Source of the DNA: Desulfatiglandales bacterium
GTDB lineage: Bacteria; Desulfobacterota; DSM-4660; Desulfatiglandales; HGW-15
NCBI GenBank assembly: GCA_963667015.2
Contig: CAXXJJ010000001.1
Span: 2,780,555 to 2,844,554, forward strand
Length of the DNA: 64,000 nucleotides
Direction of reading: 5' to 3'
A program made the translations under genes and the position numbers. The first letter of the stretch is position 1. The number at the start of each line of letters is the position of its first letter. Below are positions 38,675-49,029 of the stretch, piece by piece. The notes under the pieces were generated by a model. It saw nothing but the letters and a program-made list of their open reading frames with translations. It had not been told where the DNA came from and ran no database searches.

Positions 38675-38836
38675 AATGATAAATAATGTTCCTGAGAAGG
38701 AAAAAGGTTACAGTGGATTATCACATTTTTTTTAAATTTATTTTGTTTGTCATTTCGAGCAGTAGGAGAAATCCAGCAGCTTTTAGAAAAAAAATATCCC
38801 CAAGTTCAATAGCACTTAAAAACGGAGGTTAGCATT

Positions 38837-38917
38837 GTAGGGGCAGGCCCCTGTGCCTGCCCGGTGATGGTGGTTCTCATCTTCAAATACCGGGCGGACA
38901 TTCAGGTCCGCCCCTAC
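38837..38917. repeat. Inverted REP doublet (REPIN-like)
   Basis: GTAGGGGCAGGCCCCTGTGCCTGCCCG (38837-38863) facing CGGGCGGACATTCAGGTCCGCCCCTAC (38891-38917). Confidence 0.8.
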
Positions 38918-38921
38918 GATG

Positions 38922-40661
38922 TTAAATTTCACTCCCATCTTCAATCGACTTAAATTGGGTGTTGTAAAGCTGCTCATACTTACCTTTTTTCATTATCAAC
39001 TCCTCATGCCTGCCTTCTTCAATTATTTCACCCTTTTCCATTACAACTATCCTGTCGGCATCATGGATGGTGGAAAGCCTATGGGCAATAACAATACTGG
39101 TACGGCCTTTCATCAGGTTGTTAAGGGCATCCTGAACAACTTTCTCCGATTCCGTATCAAGAGCGGATGTGGCCTCATCAAGTATAAGTATGGGGGCATC
39201 TTTTAAAATTGCCCGTGCAATCGCAATCCTCTGTCGCTGGCCTCCTGACAGTTTTGTACCGTTTTCTCCGATTATAGTGTCATAACCTTCAGGTAGTTTT
39301 CTGATAAAATCGTCAGCAAAGGCTGCTTTTGCCGCATTTACAATATCCTTTTCAGCAACTTCCTTTGTACCGTATGCTATATTATTTTTTACAGTATCAT
39401 TAAACAGTATAGTCTCCTGAGTTACTATGCTGATTATAGATCTTAAAGATGAAATAGTTATGTCTCTTATATCCCTGTCATCAATTCTGATACTTCCCGC
39501 TGTTACATCATAAAATCTTGGGATAAGATTGGATATAGTACTCTTTCCTGCACCGCTTCCGCCAACTATGGCAAGGTTTGTTCCTTTTTTTACTGTAAGG
39601 CTGAAATCTTTAATTACATCCTTTTCGCCATAATTGAATGAGACATTTTTAAACTCAATCCGGTTATCAAATTTTTCAATTGCTTCTGCTCCTTCACGAT
39701 CCTTAATTTCGGGTTCCATGTCTATAATATCAAATATACGGTTAGCTGCAGACAGTCCTGTCTGAATAACATTATTAAGCATACTTAATTGTTTCACAGG
39801 TGTATATAATCGCATAAGCGCGGTGAGGAATGTGAAAAATTCACCGGTTGTCATAGAATTTGCCATAACTTTGGAACCGCCGTACCAGATAATAGCCGCA
39901 AATGTTATGGCGCTTAAAATTTCCATGATAGGGCGAGCAAGAGCCTTAACCCGTTCAGATTTCATTACGAGATTAAAAAAACTTTTATTCACCTTTTCAA
40001 AACGGTTTATCTCATATTTTTCCATACCAAATGCCTTGATAATTCTTGCACCGGTTATGGTTTCATGTAAGAAGGTATTTATCTCCCCCATCGATTCCTG
40101 GCTGCGTCTTCCCACATTTCTCATCCTTCTGCCCATGCGAATTATTGGGTACATGGCAAGCGGATAGAAGACGACTGATATTATGGCCAGATAAAAATCC
40201 AGCCAAAAAAGCAGACCGACAAGAAATAGCATGGTGAATGATTCTTTTAGTATATTGCTCAAACCGTTGGAAACTGAATCACTCACCAGGTTGATATCAT
40301 AGGTTATTCTGGCCATGAGTGTGCCTGTGGGATTTTTTCCAAAAAAAGAAAGGGACTGTAGCTGTATCCGGGAATAAAGCGTATTCCGAAGGTTCATAAC
40401 TACTCGTTGACCGACAAGAGCCATTATATAGTTTTTTCCATATGTAAAAATGGCCAGTAGAAAGAAGATGCAAAGAATTGCAACCGGGATCAATTTGAGC
40501 ATTTCTCTGTTCTGATCAATAAAGATATCATCAAGTATATACTTTATACTTAATGTGTAAGCACCTTCCATTGAGGATGCTCCGATCAGGCAGATCAATG
40601 CAATAAAAGAAAGGCCAAGGTAGGGTCTTAAATATGGTAGAAGTCTTTTAAAGATTTCCAA
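38922..40661 (-). CDS. msbA: Lipid A export ABC transporter (permease + ATPase)
   Basis: TMD plus NBD: GGSGAGKST, LSGGQRQR, LILDEATSALD. Confidence 0.8.
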   Translation of the reverse strand: MEIFKRLLPYLRPYLGLSFIALICLIGASSMEGAYTLSIKYILDDIFIDQNREMLKLIPVAILCIFFLLAIFTYGKNYIMALVGQRVVMNLRNTLYSRIQLQSLSFFGKNPTGTLMARITYDINLVSDSVSNGLSNILKESFTMLFLVGLLFWLDFYLAIISVVFYPLAMYPIIRMGRRMRNVGRRSQESMGEINTFLHETITGARIIKAFGMEKYEINRFEKVNKSFFNLVMKSERVKALARPIMEILSAITFAAIIWYGGSKVMANSMTTGEFFTFLTALMRLYTPVKQLSMLNNVIQTGLSAANRIFDIIDMEPEIKDREGAEAIEKFDNRIEFKNVSFNYGEKDVIKDFSLTVKKGTNLAIVGGSGAGKSTISNLIPRFYDVTAGSIRIDDRDIRDITISSLRSIISIVTQETILFNDTVKNNIAYGTKEVAEKDIVNAAKAAFADDFIRKLPEGYDTIIGENGTKLSGGQRQRIAIARAILKDAPILILDEATSALDTESEKVVQDALNNLMKGRTSIVIAHRLSTIHDADRIVVMEKGEIIEEGRHEELIMKKGKYEQLYNTQFKSIEDGSEI

Positions 40662-40856
40662 TAGCTACTCCTAGTATAAGGTTTATCAATTTGGACTGAA
40701 TTTATATGAATGGGTAGAGTGATATCGTCATTTTATAGTTAAATCTATATTTATAAAGTTGGATAAAATTATTTTCATTAAACAACCTTTTTAATAAAGG
40801 TCTCTTGTTTAATAATTTTGTCTGATATCTGACCTCAGATTTCTGATCTCTTGCAC

Positions 40857-42350
40857 TTATTCTTCAATCCAGCTCTTGCTTCTCTCCAGGGCCTTATTCC
40901 AGTATTTCAATAATTCACTGTTATCAACCGATTCATCCGGCTTAAATGTCTTATCTGTTTTCCATCTTTTTTTAATGTCATCGTAATCCTGCCAGAAACC
41001 AACCGCCAGTCCGGCTAACAGGGCTGCTCCCAGGGCAGTTGTCTCTGTTATCTTTGGCCGCACCACTTCGCTGCTTAAAAGGTCTGCCTGAAGCTGCATG
41101 AGTAGATTGTCCACTGATGCACCGCCATCCACATTGAGCTGCTTGATCTCGATACCTGTGCTCAATGCCATTTCATCAATGGCATCCTTCACCTGCAGAG
41201 CTATCGCCTCCAGTGCTGCCCTGGCAATATGGGCATCTGTGGTTGCTCCGGTAATCCCGAATATCGTGCCCCTTGCAAACTGATCCCAGTGGGGCGCTCC
41301 CAGACCGGCGAATGCCGGAACAATTACAATCCCGCCATTATCCTTAACACTGTTGGCCAGTGTCTCTATCTCTGATGCTGATTTAACAATCTTTAACTTG
41401 TCCCTCAACCATTGAATTAATGACCCTCCAATAAAGATGGAGCCCTCTACCGCATAGTTGATCTCTTCTCCAATTTTCCAGGCTATGGTAGAGAGCAGTT
41501 TTTCGGAACTAAGGTCAGGTGCAGTGCCTGTATTCATCATGACAAAGCAGCCTGTGCCATATGTGTTTTTTACCATTCCCGGTTCATAACAGAGCTGACC
41601 AAACAGCGAAGCCTGCTGATCTCCTGCCATACCGGATATTGGAATTTCACCTTCAAGTACCTCAGGATGAACAGTGCCGTAAACAGATGAAGAATCTACC
41701 ACTTTAGGAAGCAGGGCTTCGGGAATATCCATCAGTTCGAGCAGCTCTTTATCCCATTTAAATATATTGATATTAAAGAGCATGGTCCTGCTTGCATTTG
41801 ATACATCGGTGATATGAAGTTTTCCTTTGGTGAGATTCCACACGAGCCATGTTTCAACTGTACCAAACGCCAGTTCTCCATTATTTGCCAGTTCTCTCAA
41901 TCCTTTTACATTGTCCAGTATCCATTTTATCTTGGTCCCTGAAAAGTAGGAATCTATCACCAGACCGGTCTTTTTTCTGATGGAATCACTATAACCGCCC
42001 TCTTTAAGTGATTCACAGTAGCCGGCAGTCCTTCGATCCTGCCAGACAATTGCATTGGCGACCGGTTCACCGGTTTTCCTGTCCCAGATGACAGTGGTTT
42101 CCCGCTGATTTGTAATCCCGAATGCTGCAATCTCTGATGGAGAGATATTGTTCTGTTCTATAACTTCTTTTAAAACATCATACTGGGTATTCCAGATTTC
42201 CTTTGCATCATGCTCAACCCATCCGGGCTTGGGATAAATCTGTCTGAATTCCCTTTGTGCAATACCAATAATATTCAGATCGTGATCAAATATAATAGCT
42301 CTATTTGAGGTGGTTCCCGCATCCAGTGAAATAATATATTTTTTTCCCAT
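40857..42350 (-). CDS. glpK: Glycerol kinase
   Basis: LDAGTTS, GITNQRET, WQDRRT, GDQQA, KNTYGTG, GLGAPHWD. Start moved to ATG 42350. Confidence 0.95.
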   Translation of the reverse strand: MGKKYIISLDAGTTSNRAIIFDHDLNIIGIAQREFRQIYPKPGWVEHDAKEIWNTQYDVLKEVIEQNNISPSEIAAFGITNQRETTVIWDRKTGEPVANAIVWQDRRTAGYCESLKEGGYSDSIRKKTGLVIDSYFSGTKIKWILDNVKGLRELANNGELAFGTVETWLVWNLTKGKLHITDVSNASRTMLFNINIFKWDKELLELMDIPEALLPKVVDSSSVYGTVHPEVLEGEIPISGMAGDQQASLFGQLCYEPGMVKNTYGTGCFVMMNTGTAPDLSSEKLLSTIAWKIGEEINYAVEGSIFIGGSLIQWLRDKLKIVKSASEIETLANSVKDNGGIVIVPAFAGLGAPHWDQFARGTIFGITGATTDAHIARAALEAIALQVKDAIDEMALSTGIEIKQLNVDGGASVDNLLMQLQADLLSSEVVRPKITETTALGAALLAGLAVGFWQDYDDIKKRWKTDKTFKPDESVDNSELLKYWNKALERSKSWIEE

Positions 42351-42638
42351 GGTACTCTGTCCTTTTGATATTTGCTGAATCAATTATTTCGACATTTTTT
42401 CAGGTTGTTAATGATTTTTTAAAATTTGTTAAAATTAACCTCTTCCCCTTCATTTAAAATATTGAACCGGCACAAGGAAGGAAAAACCTCCTGAGAGATC
42501 CCGGTTATTTTAAATAGAAACGAAAGAGGGGATAATTTTCACGTAAATAAAATCACCAAAAAATTGAACGCCATGAACAGGATTCATGCTGTTGTCATGG
42601 CGTGCAGGAACAGACTTATCGATCTTTAAATAAAATCT

Positions 42639-43015
42639 TTATATTAAAACTTTCACTCCATATTCCTGAAAACGTCTATCCGCAGTAACAACAGGTATCT
42701 GTCTGAGCAGAGCTGTTGCTATGATAAATCTGTCGCATGGATCCCTGTGGATATCCGGTAACTCCGTTGCCTTTATGCAAATATCCATATCAAGATCTAT
42801 AACGTCAATATCATGATGTTTCAATATTTCTCTAAACCACTCTTTTGGGGGAGCAGGAAGCAGGAGTTTACCTGTCTTGTTTTTCAACCCTATTTCAAAT
42901 GAAGTAATTGCCGAGACATATACAACTGGTGATTGGTCTATAAGGCTAAGGACTTCATTACTTATTTTAGTCTGTTCATGTGCCAGCCAGAGGAGACCGC
43001 ATGTATCCAGAATCA

Positions 43016-43016
<1 letters not shown>
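42639..43016 (-). CDS. vapC: PIN-domain toxin of a type II TA system
   Basis: ILDTC, SAITSFEI, HRDPCDRFIIATA, VTAD; TAATG overlap with the antitoxin stop. Confidence 0.92.
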
Positions 43017-43249
<233 letters not shown>

Positions 43250-43278
43250 TTAAAACCTTAATGATTGTTAGTTTACTT

Positions 43279-43307
43279 AGTTTAGTTTGATTAGCTAGTA
43301 TAGTCAA
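43279..43307 (-). promoter_or_regulatory. Sigma70 promoter of the TA operon
   Basis: TTGACT-N17-TAAACT embedded in repeated ACTA/TAGT half-sites (possible operator). Confidence 0.6.
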
Positions 43308-43369
43308 ATCATTTTTTAATATTCAAAAAATCCTGTTGGTCCTGTCGAGACGATGCGATGTACCCCTCC

Positions 43370-44326
43370 CTAGTGCACTGTTACTGAAAGCCCCATATCC
43401 TCAAGTATTTTCTTAAGAGACTGAATCTTTTCATCAGTTGGTACCGGTGCTTCAAGCACCTTATGATCATTGCTTATCCTCTGGTATTTCATGACCCCCA
43501 TATTATGATAGGGCAGGAGTTGAATAACCGTTACTGCATCACCCAGGGATAAGCAGAACTCCCCTGTCTCCCTTATGTTTTCTTCGGAGTCATTGAATTT
43601 TGGTATGACTGGGATCCTTATCTGAAATTTCCCCTCTGCCTCTGCAATTTTTTTTGCATTTTCCAGTATGATTTCATTTGGAACGCCAATTACCGCCTTA
43701 TGCTGATCACTTCTCATATGTTTAAGGTCGTAAAGGAATAGATCGGTGTATGGTAATACGGCTTCAATATTTTCATATTTTGTAAATCCTGTTGTATCGA
43801 GGGCAGTGTTTATTCCTCTTTCTTTCAGTCCCTTCAGGAGCGCAAGCGTAAACTCCGGCTGTGAAAGGGCTTCTCCACCTGATATGGTAACCCCTCCTCC
43901 TGACTGTTCAAAGAAGGGCATGTCTTTTGATAATTTTTCTACCAGTTCATCGACCTTATAATCGGTGCCGCACATGAACAGGGCATCAGGATAGCATACT
44001 GCCGCACACTCACCGCAGTTGTCACATATGTTTCTGTCAACACGGACATGCTGGATATCTTCTTTTGTTACCATGTGCTGGATTGTTTCACCAGGGGTGA
44101 TTGCGCCTTTTGGACAGGCAGTGAGGCATTTCCCGCATTTTTCAATGCCAATGCATCTCATGGATATCCAGCTCAGTTGTGAGTGAAACTGCTGTGATTC
44201 CGGGCTGTGGCACCACGGGCACCTTAGGGGGCATCCCTTAAGGAAGGCTGTTGTGCGTATTCCCGGACCATCCTGGACGGAAAATCCCTGGATGTCGTAT
44301 ACCTTACCTTTAAGCTTATTGCTCAT
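43370..44326 (-). CDS. Glycyl-radical enzyme activating enzyme (radical SAM with ferredoxin insert)
   Basis: DGPGIRT..KGCPLRCPWCHSPE, extra CxxCxxxC clusters, GGVTISGGE. Confidence 0.95.
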   Translation of the reverse strand: MSNKLKGKVYDIQGFSVQDGPGIRTTAFLKGCPLRCPWCHSPESQQFHSQLSWISMRCIGIEKCGKCLTACPKGAITPGETIQHMVTKEDIQHVRVDRNICDNCGECAAVCYPDALFMCGTDYKVDELVEKLSKDMPFFEQSGGGVTISGGEALSQPEFTLALLKGLKERGINTALDTTGFTKYENIEAVLPYTDLFLYDLKHMRSDQHKAVIGVPNEIILENAKKIAEAEGKFQIRIPVIPKFNDSEENIRETGEFCLSLGDAVTVIQLLPYHNMGVMKYQRISNDHKVLEAPVPTDEKIQSLKKILEDMGLSVTVH

Positions 44327-44366
44327 ATTCTAAAACCTTACCACTGATAAAAAAACAAAACATGTT

Positions 44367-44483
44367 TCTCACAGAGCTTACAGAGGCCACAGAGAAAGAC
44401 AAAAGCGAAAAATGATTTTATGTTTAAAAATTAAAATGGTTTTTCTCTGTGTTCTCTGTGTGCTCTAGCGAAGCGGGCGAGAG
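44367..44483. repeat. Nonamer-periodic inverted repeat inside the GRE operon
   Basis: (CACAGAGnn)3 arm mirrored by a (CTCTGTGnn)n arm. Confidence 0.6.
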
Positions 44484-44557
44484 ATTTGCTTTTTAAATTT
44501 TAAACAACTAATAAGTTATGTCTTTCTTAGCGTCCTTTGCGTCTTTGCTGTTCAATT

Positions 44558-46975
44558 TTAAAGACTAAACTCCGTTCTCTTGATAATATCATCCTGGCTG
44601 GCCTTGTACATCTCCACAAAGTATGCGCTGAATCCGGCAATCCTTACCACGAGATCCCTGTAATCCTCCGGTTTTTCCTGGGCCTTTCTGAGGACATCCG
44701 CACTTACAATATTAAACTGCATTTCCATTCCACCCAGACCAAAATAGGTCTTTATTAGGGCCTTAAGCTTCTCTTTTCCGGTTTTATTCCTGAGGGCTGT
44801 AGGGTGAAAACGCATGTTTAAAAGGGTGCCGTTTCCGAATTTTTCCTGGTTAATGACTGAGACAGACCGTATTGTAGCCGTGGGGCCGTTTTTATCGAGC
44901 TGCTGAACAGGAGATATGCCGTCACACAGGGGTTCGCCTTTCATCCTGCCGTCAGGAGATGCTGCGGTCATCATGCCGAAAAGCACATGAGCTGTTACAG
45001 GATATAAACCTGCGGAATACCTGCCCCTGGGGCCTGTAGAGGAGTTTATCACATTGGCGTAGGTGTCAGATACCCATGTGGCAAACTGATCAACATATTC
45101 ATTTCCGTTTCCGTAATGGGGGGCTTCATTCAGGATCTGCTGCCGGAGATCTTCTCTGCCTTCCCAGTTTGTCATTATGGCATCATAAAGCTCCATGGCG
45201 CTGATCAGTTTTTTATCGTAGATCATATATTTTACTACTGCGAGGCAGTCTGTAATATTACCTATGGCAATACCGGCGTTTCCAGTCGAGTTGTATTTTG
45301 CGCCTCCCTTCATTACATCCTTGCCCTTTTCCATACAGCCGTCAATAGTTGCCGAAACAACCGGGAGAGGCATATGCTCGGATGCAACATACTCAAAGGT
45401 GTTTACAAGGCTTACATGCCATTTTGCAAAGTATTCTATCTGTTTTTTTACTGCAGAAAGGACGTCATCAAATGTCTCCATTTCATAGAGGTAACCGGTT
45501 GGAAGGCCTACCTGCGCCCCTGGTTTGCCCCCGGGCCATGGCATAGGGTTTATCCCGTTGTTTATGGCAAGCAGAAATGCGTTTAAGAGGTTAAAAAACG
45601 ATTCGGTTCCGGTTCCTCCGGGGCTTGCCCACTCATCACCGCAGCCCTGTGGCTCCACACAGCCAATCAGACAGTAATTTCTCGCGCTTTCAAGGGGAAG
45701 TCCCCTTGCCATAAGTGCTGGTATAATAATTTCATCACTCTCAAAGGTCGGTACGCCGCCTGCTATCTGTGTTGTTTCAATAGCCGCCTCCCAGAGCGCA
45801 TCAGGAGTGTCCTTGTGTATCCGCAGTGACTGTGGAGGATCATGCAGTACGAGCCTGCCTGCAGACTGGAGCATCATGTATGTTACGGTGTTTGTAGCAT
45901 CTTTACCGTCCTTTGTTAGGCCTCCCAGTGTCATGAGTTGCCCGCTTGTATAGCCGGGAGCAGAAAGAGTAGCCATGGCCGGCCATATCTTGTTCATCTC
46001 CGCGACTTTTAAATAAAACAGGTCAAGGATTTCCTGTGCCTGGTCGTGGGTAAGTCTTCCGGCCTCTATATCTGCATCATAAAATTTACCCAGGTACTGA
46101 TCTACTCTTCCGAATGTTATTCCATGCTGCTGTGCATCAAGACAGAGGCACATCTGATAGAGGTACATGCACTGGACAGCATCATGAAAAGTCCTGCAGG
46201 GGTTTTCCATTATCCAGTTGAGGCTGTCGGCCATACGTTCAAGTTCTTTTTTCCTGGCCGGATCACTCTCTTCGGCTGCAAGTCTCTCGCATTCTTTACC
46301 ATATCTTTTTGAAAGGGTAATGATTCCTTCACTTACCAGTTTAACTGCGCGATAGAAGTTGTATTTGTATACACTGTCTCCAAACATTACCCCTTCGAGT
46401 TCATCCATTTTTGCTTGGGCTTCATCCCTGATGGCGCCAAAGCCCTTATTAATGACCTTGTCAAAATTGCCAACAAAATGTCCCACTGGTGACTGGCAGA
46501 CACCTTTCAGCCCAAAAGTGGTTACCCCGTTTCCCACGGCCTTTTTATAACCTTCAGGGATATATTCATCTATCTTCGCGCTCAAACACTCCTTGCGCCA
46601 GAAGTCACCGGTGCTAAGAACATATTCCGCGTCTTTGTCATCAATGTCATATGGGTCGGTATCTCTTTTAGGGATAGAGCCTTCCTTTAATTCATCCATA
46701 AACCAGCTGAATGAAATTTCAGGGTAAAGGGCGCAGGAGCGGTAAGTTGTTCCCTGCCACCCGACGATGACTTCATCCTCATTAATGAGCAGAGGGAGCT
46801 TTTCGCAGAGATTTTTAAAATTTTTTGCCCTTTTCAGGATACCCTGAAGCTGAGGGTTTTCCATATAAAATTCAGTGACTATCTTATAACGCGCTATACA
46901 TATTCTGGGTCTTGTAGAGCGATATTTTTCACGGATCTTTGATACCCGGTCTGTTACTGGACTCAGTGTATACAT
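44558..46975 (-). CDS. Glycyl radical enzyme (PFL2/eliminase-like), substrate unknown
   Basis: Single-Cys loop IGCVEP, Gly loop VRIAGFS, GRVDQY, SPDGR..GEPL.DG.SP. Confidence 0.93.
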   Translation of the reverse strand: MYTLSPVTDRVSKIREKYRSTRPRICIARYKIVTEFYMENPQLQGILKRAKNFKNLCEKLPLLINEDEVIVGWQGTTYRSCALYPEISFSWFMDELKEGSIPKRDTDPYDIDDKDAEYVLSTGDFWRKECLSAKIDEYIPEGYKKAVGNGVTTFGLKGVCQSPVGHFVGNFDKVINKGFGAIRDEAQAKMDELEGVMFGDSVYKYNFYRAVKLVSEGIITLSKRYGKECERLAAEESDPARKKELERMADSLNWIMENPCRTFHDAVQCMYLYQMCLCLDAQQHGITFGRVDQYLGKFYDADIEAGRLTHDQAQEILDLFYLKVAEMNKIWPAMATLSAPGYTSGQLMTLGGLTKDGKDATNTVTYMMLQSAGRLVLHDPPQSLRIHKDTPDALWEAAIETTQIAGGVPTFESDEIIIPALMARGLPLESARNYCLIGCVEPQGCGDEWASPGGTGTESFFNLLNAFLLAINNGINPMPWPGGKPGAQVGLPTGYLYEMETFDDVLSAVKKQIEYFAKWHVSLVNTFEYVASEHMPLPVVSATIDGCMEKGKDVMKGGAKYNSTGNAGIAIGNITDCLAVVKYMIYDKKLISAMELYDAIMTNWEGREDLRQQILNEAPHYGNGNEYVDQFATWVSDTYANVINSSTGPRGRYSAGLYPVTAHVLFGMMTAASPDGRMKGEPLCDGISPVQQLDKNGPTATIRSVSVINQEKFGNGTLLNMRFHPTALRNKTGKEKLKALIKTYFGLGGMEMQFNIVSADVLRKAQEKPEDYRDLVVRIAGFSAYFVEMYKASQDDIIKRTEFSL

Positions 46976-47167
46976 AAAATTCCTCCAAACCTGGAAATTT
47001 CAATTAGTGCCTCAAAACAGTTATGGATGGGCACTAATTAATTAAAACCTTTAATTTAATAATTTAAGCCATTGTGCTTGTATCGTCAAGTTATGAATAA
47101 CGCTTTTATCTGGCGCAGGAAAATAAAAACCAGGGTCGGAGGCAGCAGTAACGCTATAGTAGTACTT

Positions 47168-48592
47168 CTAAATATTTAATATATCGGCAACATTTACATC
47201 AATGCCAAGTATTCCCATGAAATCCATGGTTTTGTTAAAAACCGGAACAGAGACTGTAAAACAGAAGTTTCCGGTTGCAGATGATCTGTATGCCTTTGAT
47301 ATATAAGCCTGTTTTGTGGATTTTGGAGTAGAAAACCATTCCTTATGTGTCCAGTTTTCATTAATACCCTTTGAGTTGCTTTCTCTGTAGGCCTTTTCGG
47401 AATAGATGTTTCCGGTAACCTGAATTCCGTTTGCATCGGTTAAATAAATCAGTTCAATAAATGGATTTTCTTTGACTGTTTTTATCATGGCTTCTTCCTG
47501 TATGAGCCTGTCATTTGACTTGATTTCAGGAAGTAAAGCTAATTTTTCTGCAAGGGATTGGGCCTTTTTATGGTTTGAAAGGTGGAATATCCCTGTATCC
47601 AAGATGATCTGATCGCAATATCCATTGATGCTTTCTACTATTTTAAACAGTGTTTTGCTTTCGGCTGACTGGGATTTTAATGCAGTCTCAATAGAGATGA
47701 TCTCATTTGCAACCGCCTTTACATCTTTATTCTGGCTCTCTGTTGCCGTATTTATCTTTCTTATGTTTTCCGAAAAGATGGAAAAATTTTCATATACCTC
47801 TGCAAGTGATGTGTTTGAAGAGTTTATTACTGATTCTCCTGCTTCGACATTACTGGCTACACGATCCACTGCCTCAACAGTATCATTCACCTTCTCCCGC
47901 AGGATGCTGAGTTTAGAGTTAATATCAATAGTTGCATCTTTAGTCTGCCTGGCAAGCTGGCCCATTTCTTCGGCAATAACACCAAATCCCTTGCCGTGTA
48001 CGCCGCTTCTTGATGCCTCTATCTTCGCATTAAGGCTTAATAGATTTGATTCATCAGATACGTCATTAATAAACTCGATAACAGAACCTATTGAATTTGC
48101 ATTTTCGTCCAGGATTTCTATTACTTTTACAAGCTCTCCTACAATATTCTTTATTTCGGTCATCTGGCGCAGTGACTCATTGCCAAGTTCCATGGCTGAC
48201 TGTACATCCCTTTCAATACTGTTTGAAGTTTCTGTCAGGGACTTTATATTTTCCGTGACGTTTTCAATGCTATCAGCCATGTTGATGCCCGCCCTGGAAA
48301 TTTTTATTACATTCTGTTCCTGGTCCTCGCATTTTTCTTTGAACGTGCCTGCAATTTCCAGTAATCTGGGCGCATTAGAAGCCAGCATTGCAACGCTCTT
48401 TAGAATGGATGATATATAAATATTTAATTTACTGAAAACCGAATTGAAAAGAGAGACAGGCCGGCTCAGAAACCTGTCATCAGGCAATGCAAACTGTTGG
48501 GATAAATTCCATGTTCCCTTCAATGTAAGGTTAATTGGCTCAATATACTTTTTTAAAAAAGATTCTTTATTCGATTTGCTCATGTAAAACAT
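47168..48592 (-). CDS. Soluble methyl-accepting chemotaxis protein with a C-terminal Cache-like domain
   Basis: NLLSLNAKIEASRSGVHGKGFGVIAEE hairpin, no TM, C-terminal IYLTDANG...WF...YISKAYRS..TVSVPV..GILGID. Start 48592 or 48583. Confidence 0.88.
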   Translation of the reverse strand: MFYMSKSNKESFLKKYIEPINLTLKGTWNLSQQFALPDDRFLSRPVSLFNSVFSKLNIYISSILKSVAMLASNAPRLLEIAGTFKEKCEDQEQNVIKISRAGINMADSIENVTENIKSLTETSNSIERDVQSAMELGNESLRQMTEIKNIVGELVKVIEILDENANSIGSVIEFINDVSDESNLLSLNAKIEASRSGVHGKGFGVIAEEMGQLARQTKDATIDINSKLSILREKVNDTVEAVDRVASNVEAGESVINSSNTSLAEVYENFSIFSENIRKINTATESQNKDVKAVANEIISIETALKSQSAESKTLFKIVESINGYCDQIILDTGIFHLSNHKKAQSLAEKLALLPEIKSNDRLIQEEAMIKTVKENPFIELIYLTDANGIQVTGNIYSEKAYRESNSKGINENWTHKEWFSTPKSTKQAYISKAYRSSATGNFCFTVSVPVFNKTMDFMGILGIDVNVADILNI

Positions 48593-48904
48593 TGTGGAAA
48601 AAATCCTTTCAAAATAAAAACAAAATTGTCTGTATATATACCGGGAAGAAATATTTCCTTTAACATTCGTTTCATACATTAACCCGGGCAGCGATCAGTT
48701 TTGAAAGGAAGTATGTTGATGTTTGCTACAAAAAAGTGTTTTGGATAATTTTAATCTTCAAAAATGTATTATGGGAATTTCTCCCTGTCAGGTGCTCTAT
48801 TATTTTAAGTGCCTGTAAATTAAACTAAAATCATCTTAATTCATCGAGAAATACTTTTTTTCAAAAAACAGATTACTGCAATTAATACTTGATTTATATT
48901 TGTC

Positions 48905-48920
48905 AGCAATAACTATGCCA
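48905..48920 (-). promoter_or_regulatory. Sigma54 (-24/-12) promoter oriented toward the MCP gene
   Basis: Minus strand TGGCAT-AGTTA-TTGCT. Confidence 0.7.
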
Positions 48921-49029
48921 GTATAATTATTTTATAAAGCCCCTTTATTTTTGTTATGTTTGTATATTAAAATAGCTGTTCACATAATTTTTCTTTCCGA
49001 TATTTTTTTCTTAAGTAAGGAGGATTTAA

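Noticed and set aside
47625..48419. 264-aa plus-strand ORF and the many other short antisense or nested ORFs in the track
   Set aside because: They lie opposite or inside well-supported genes and show shadow-ORF composition.
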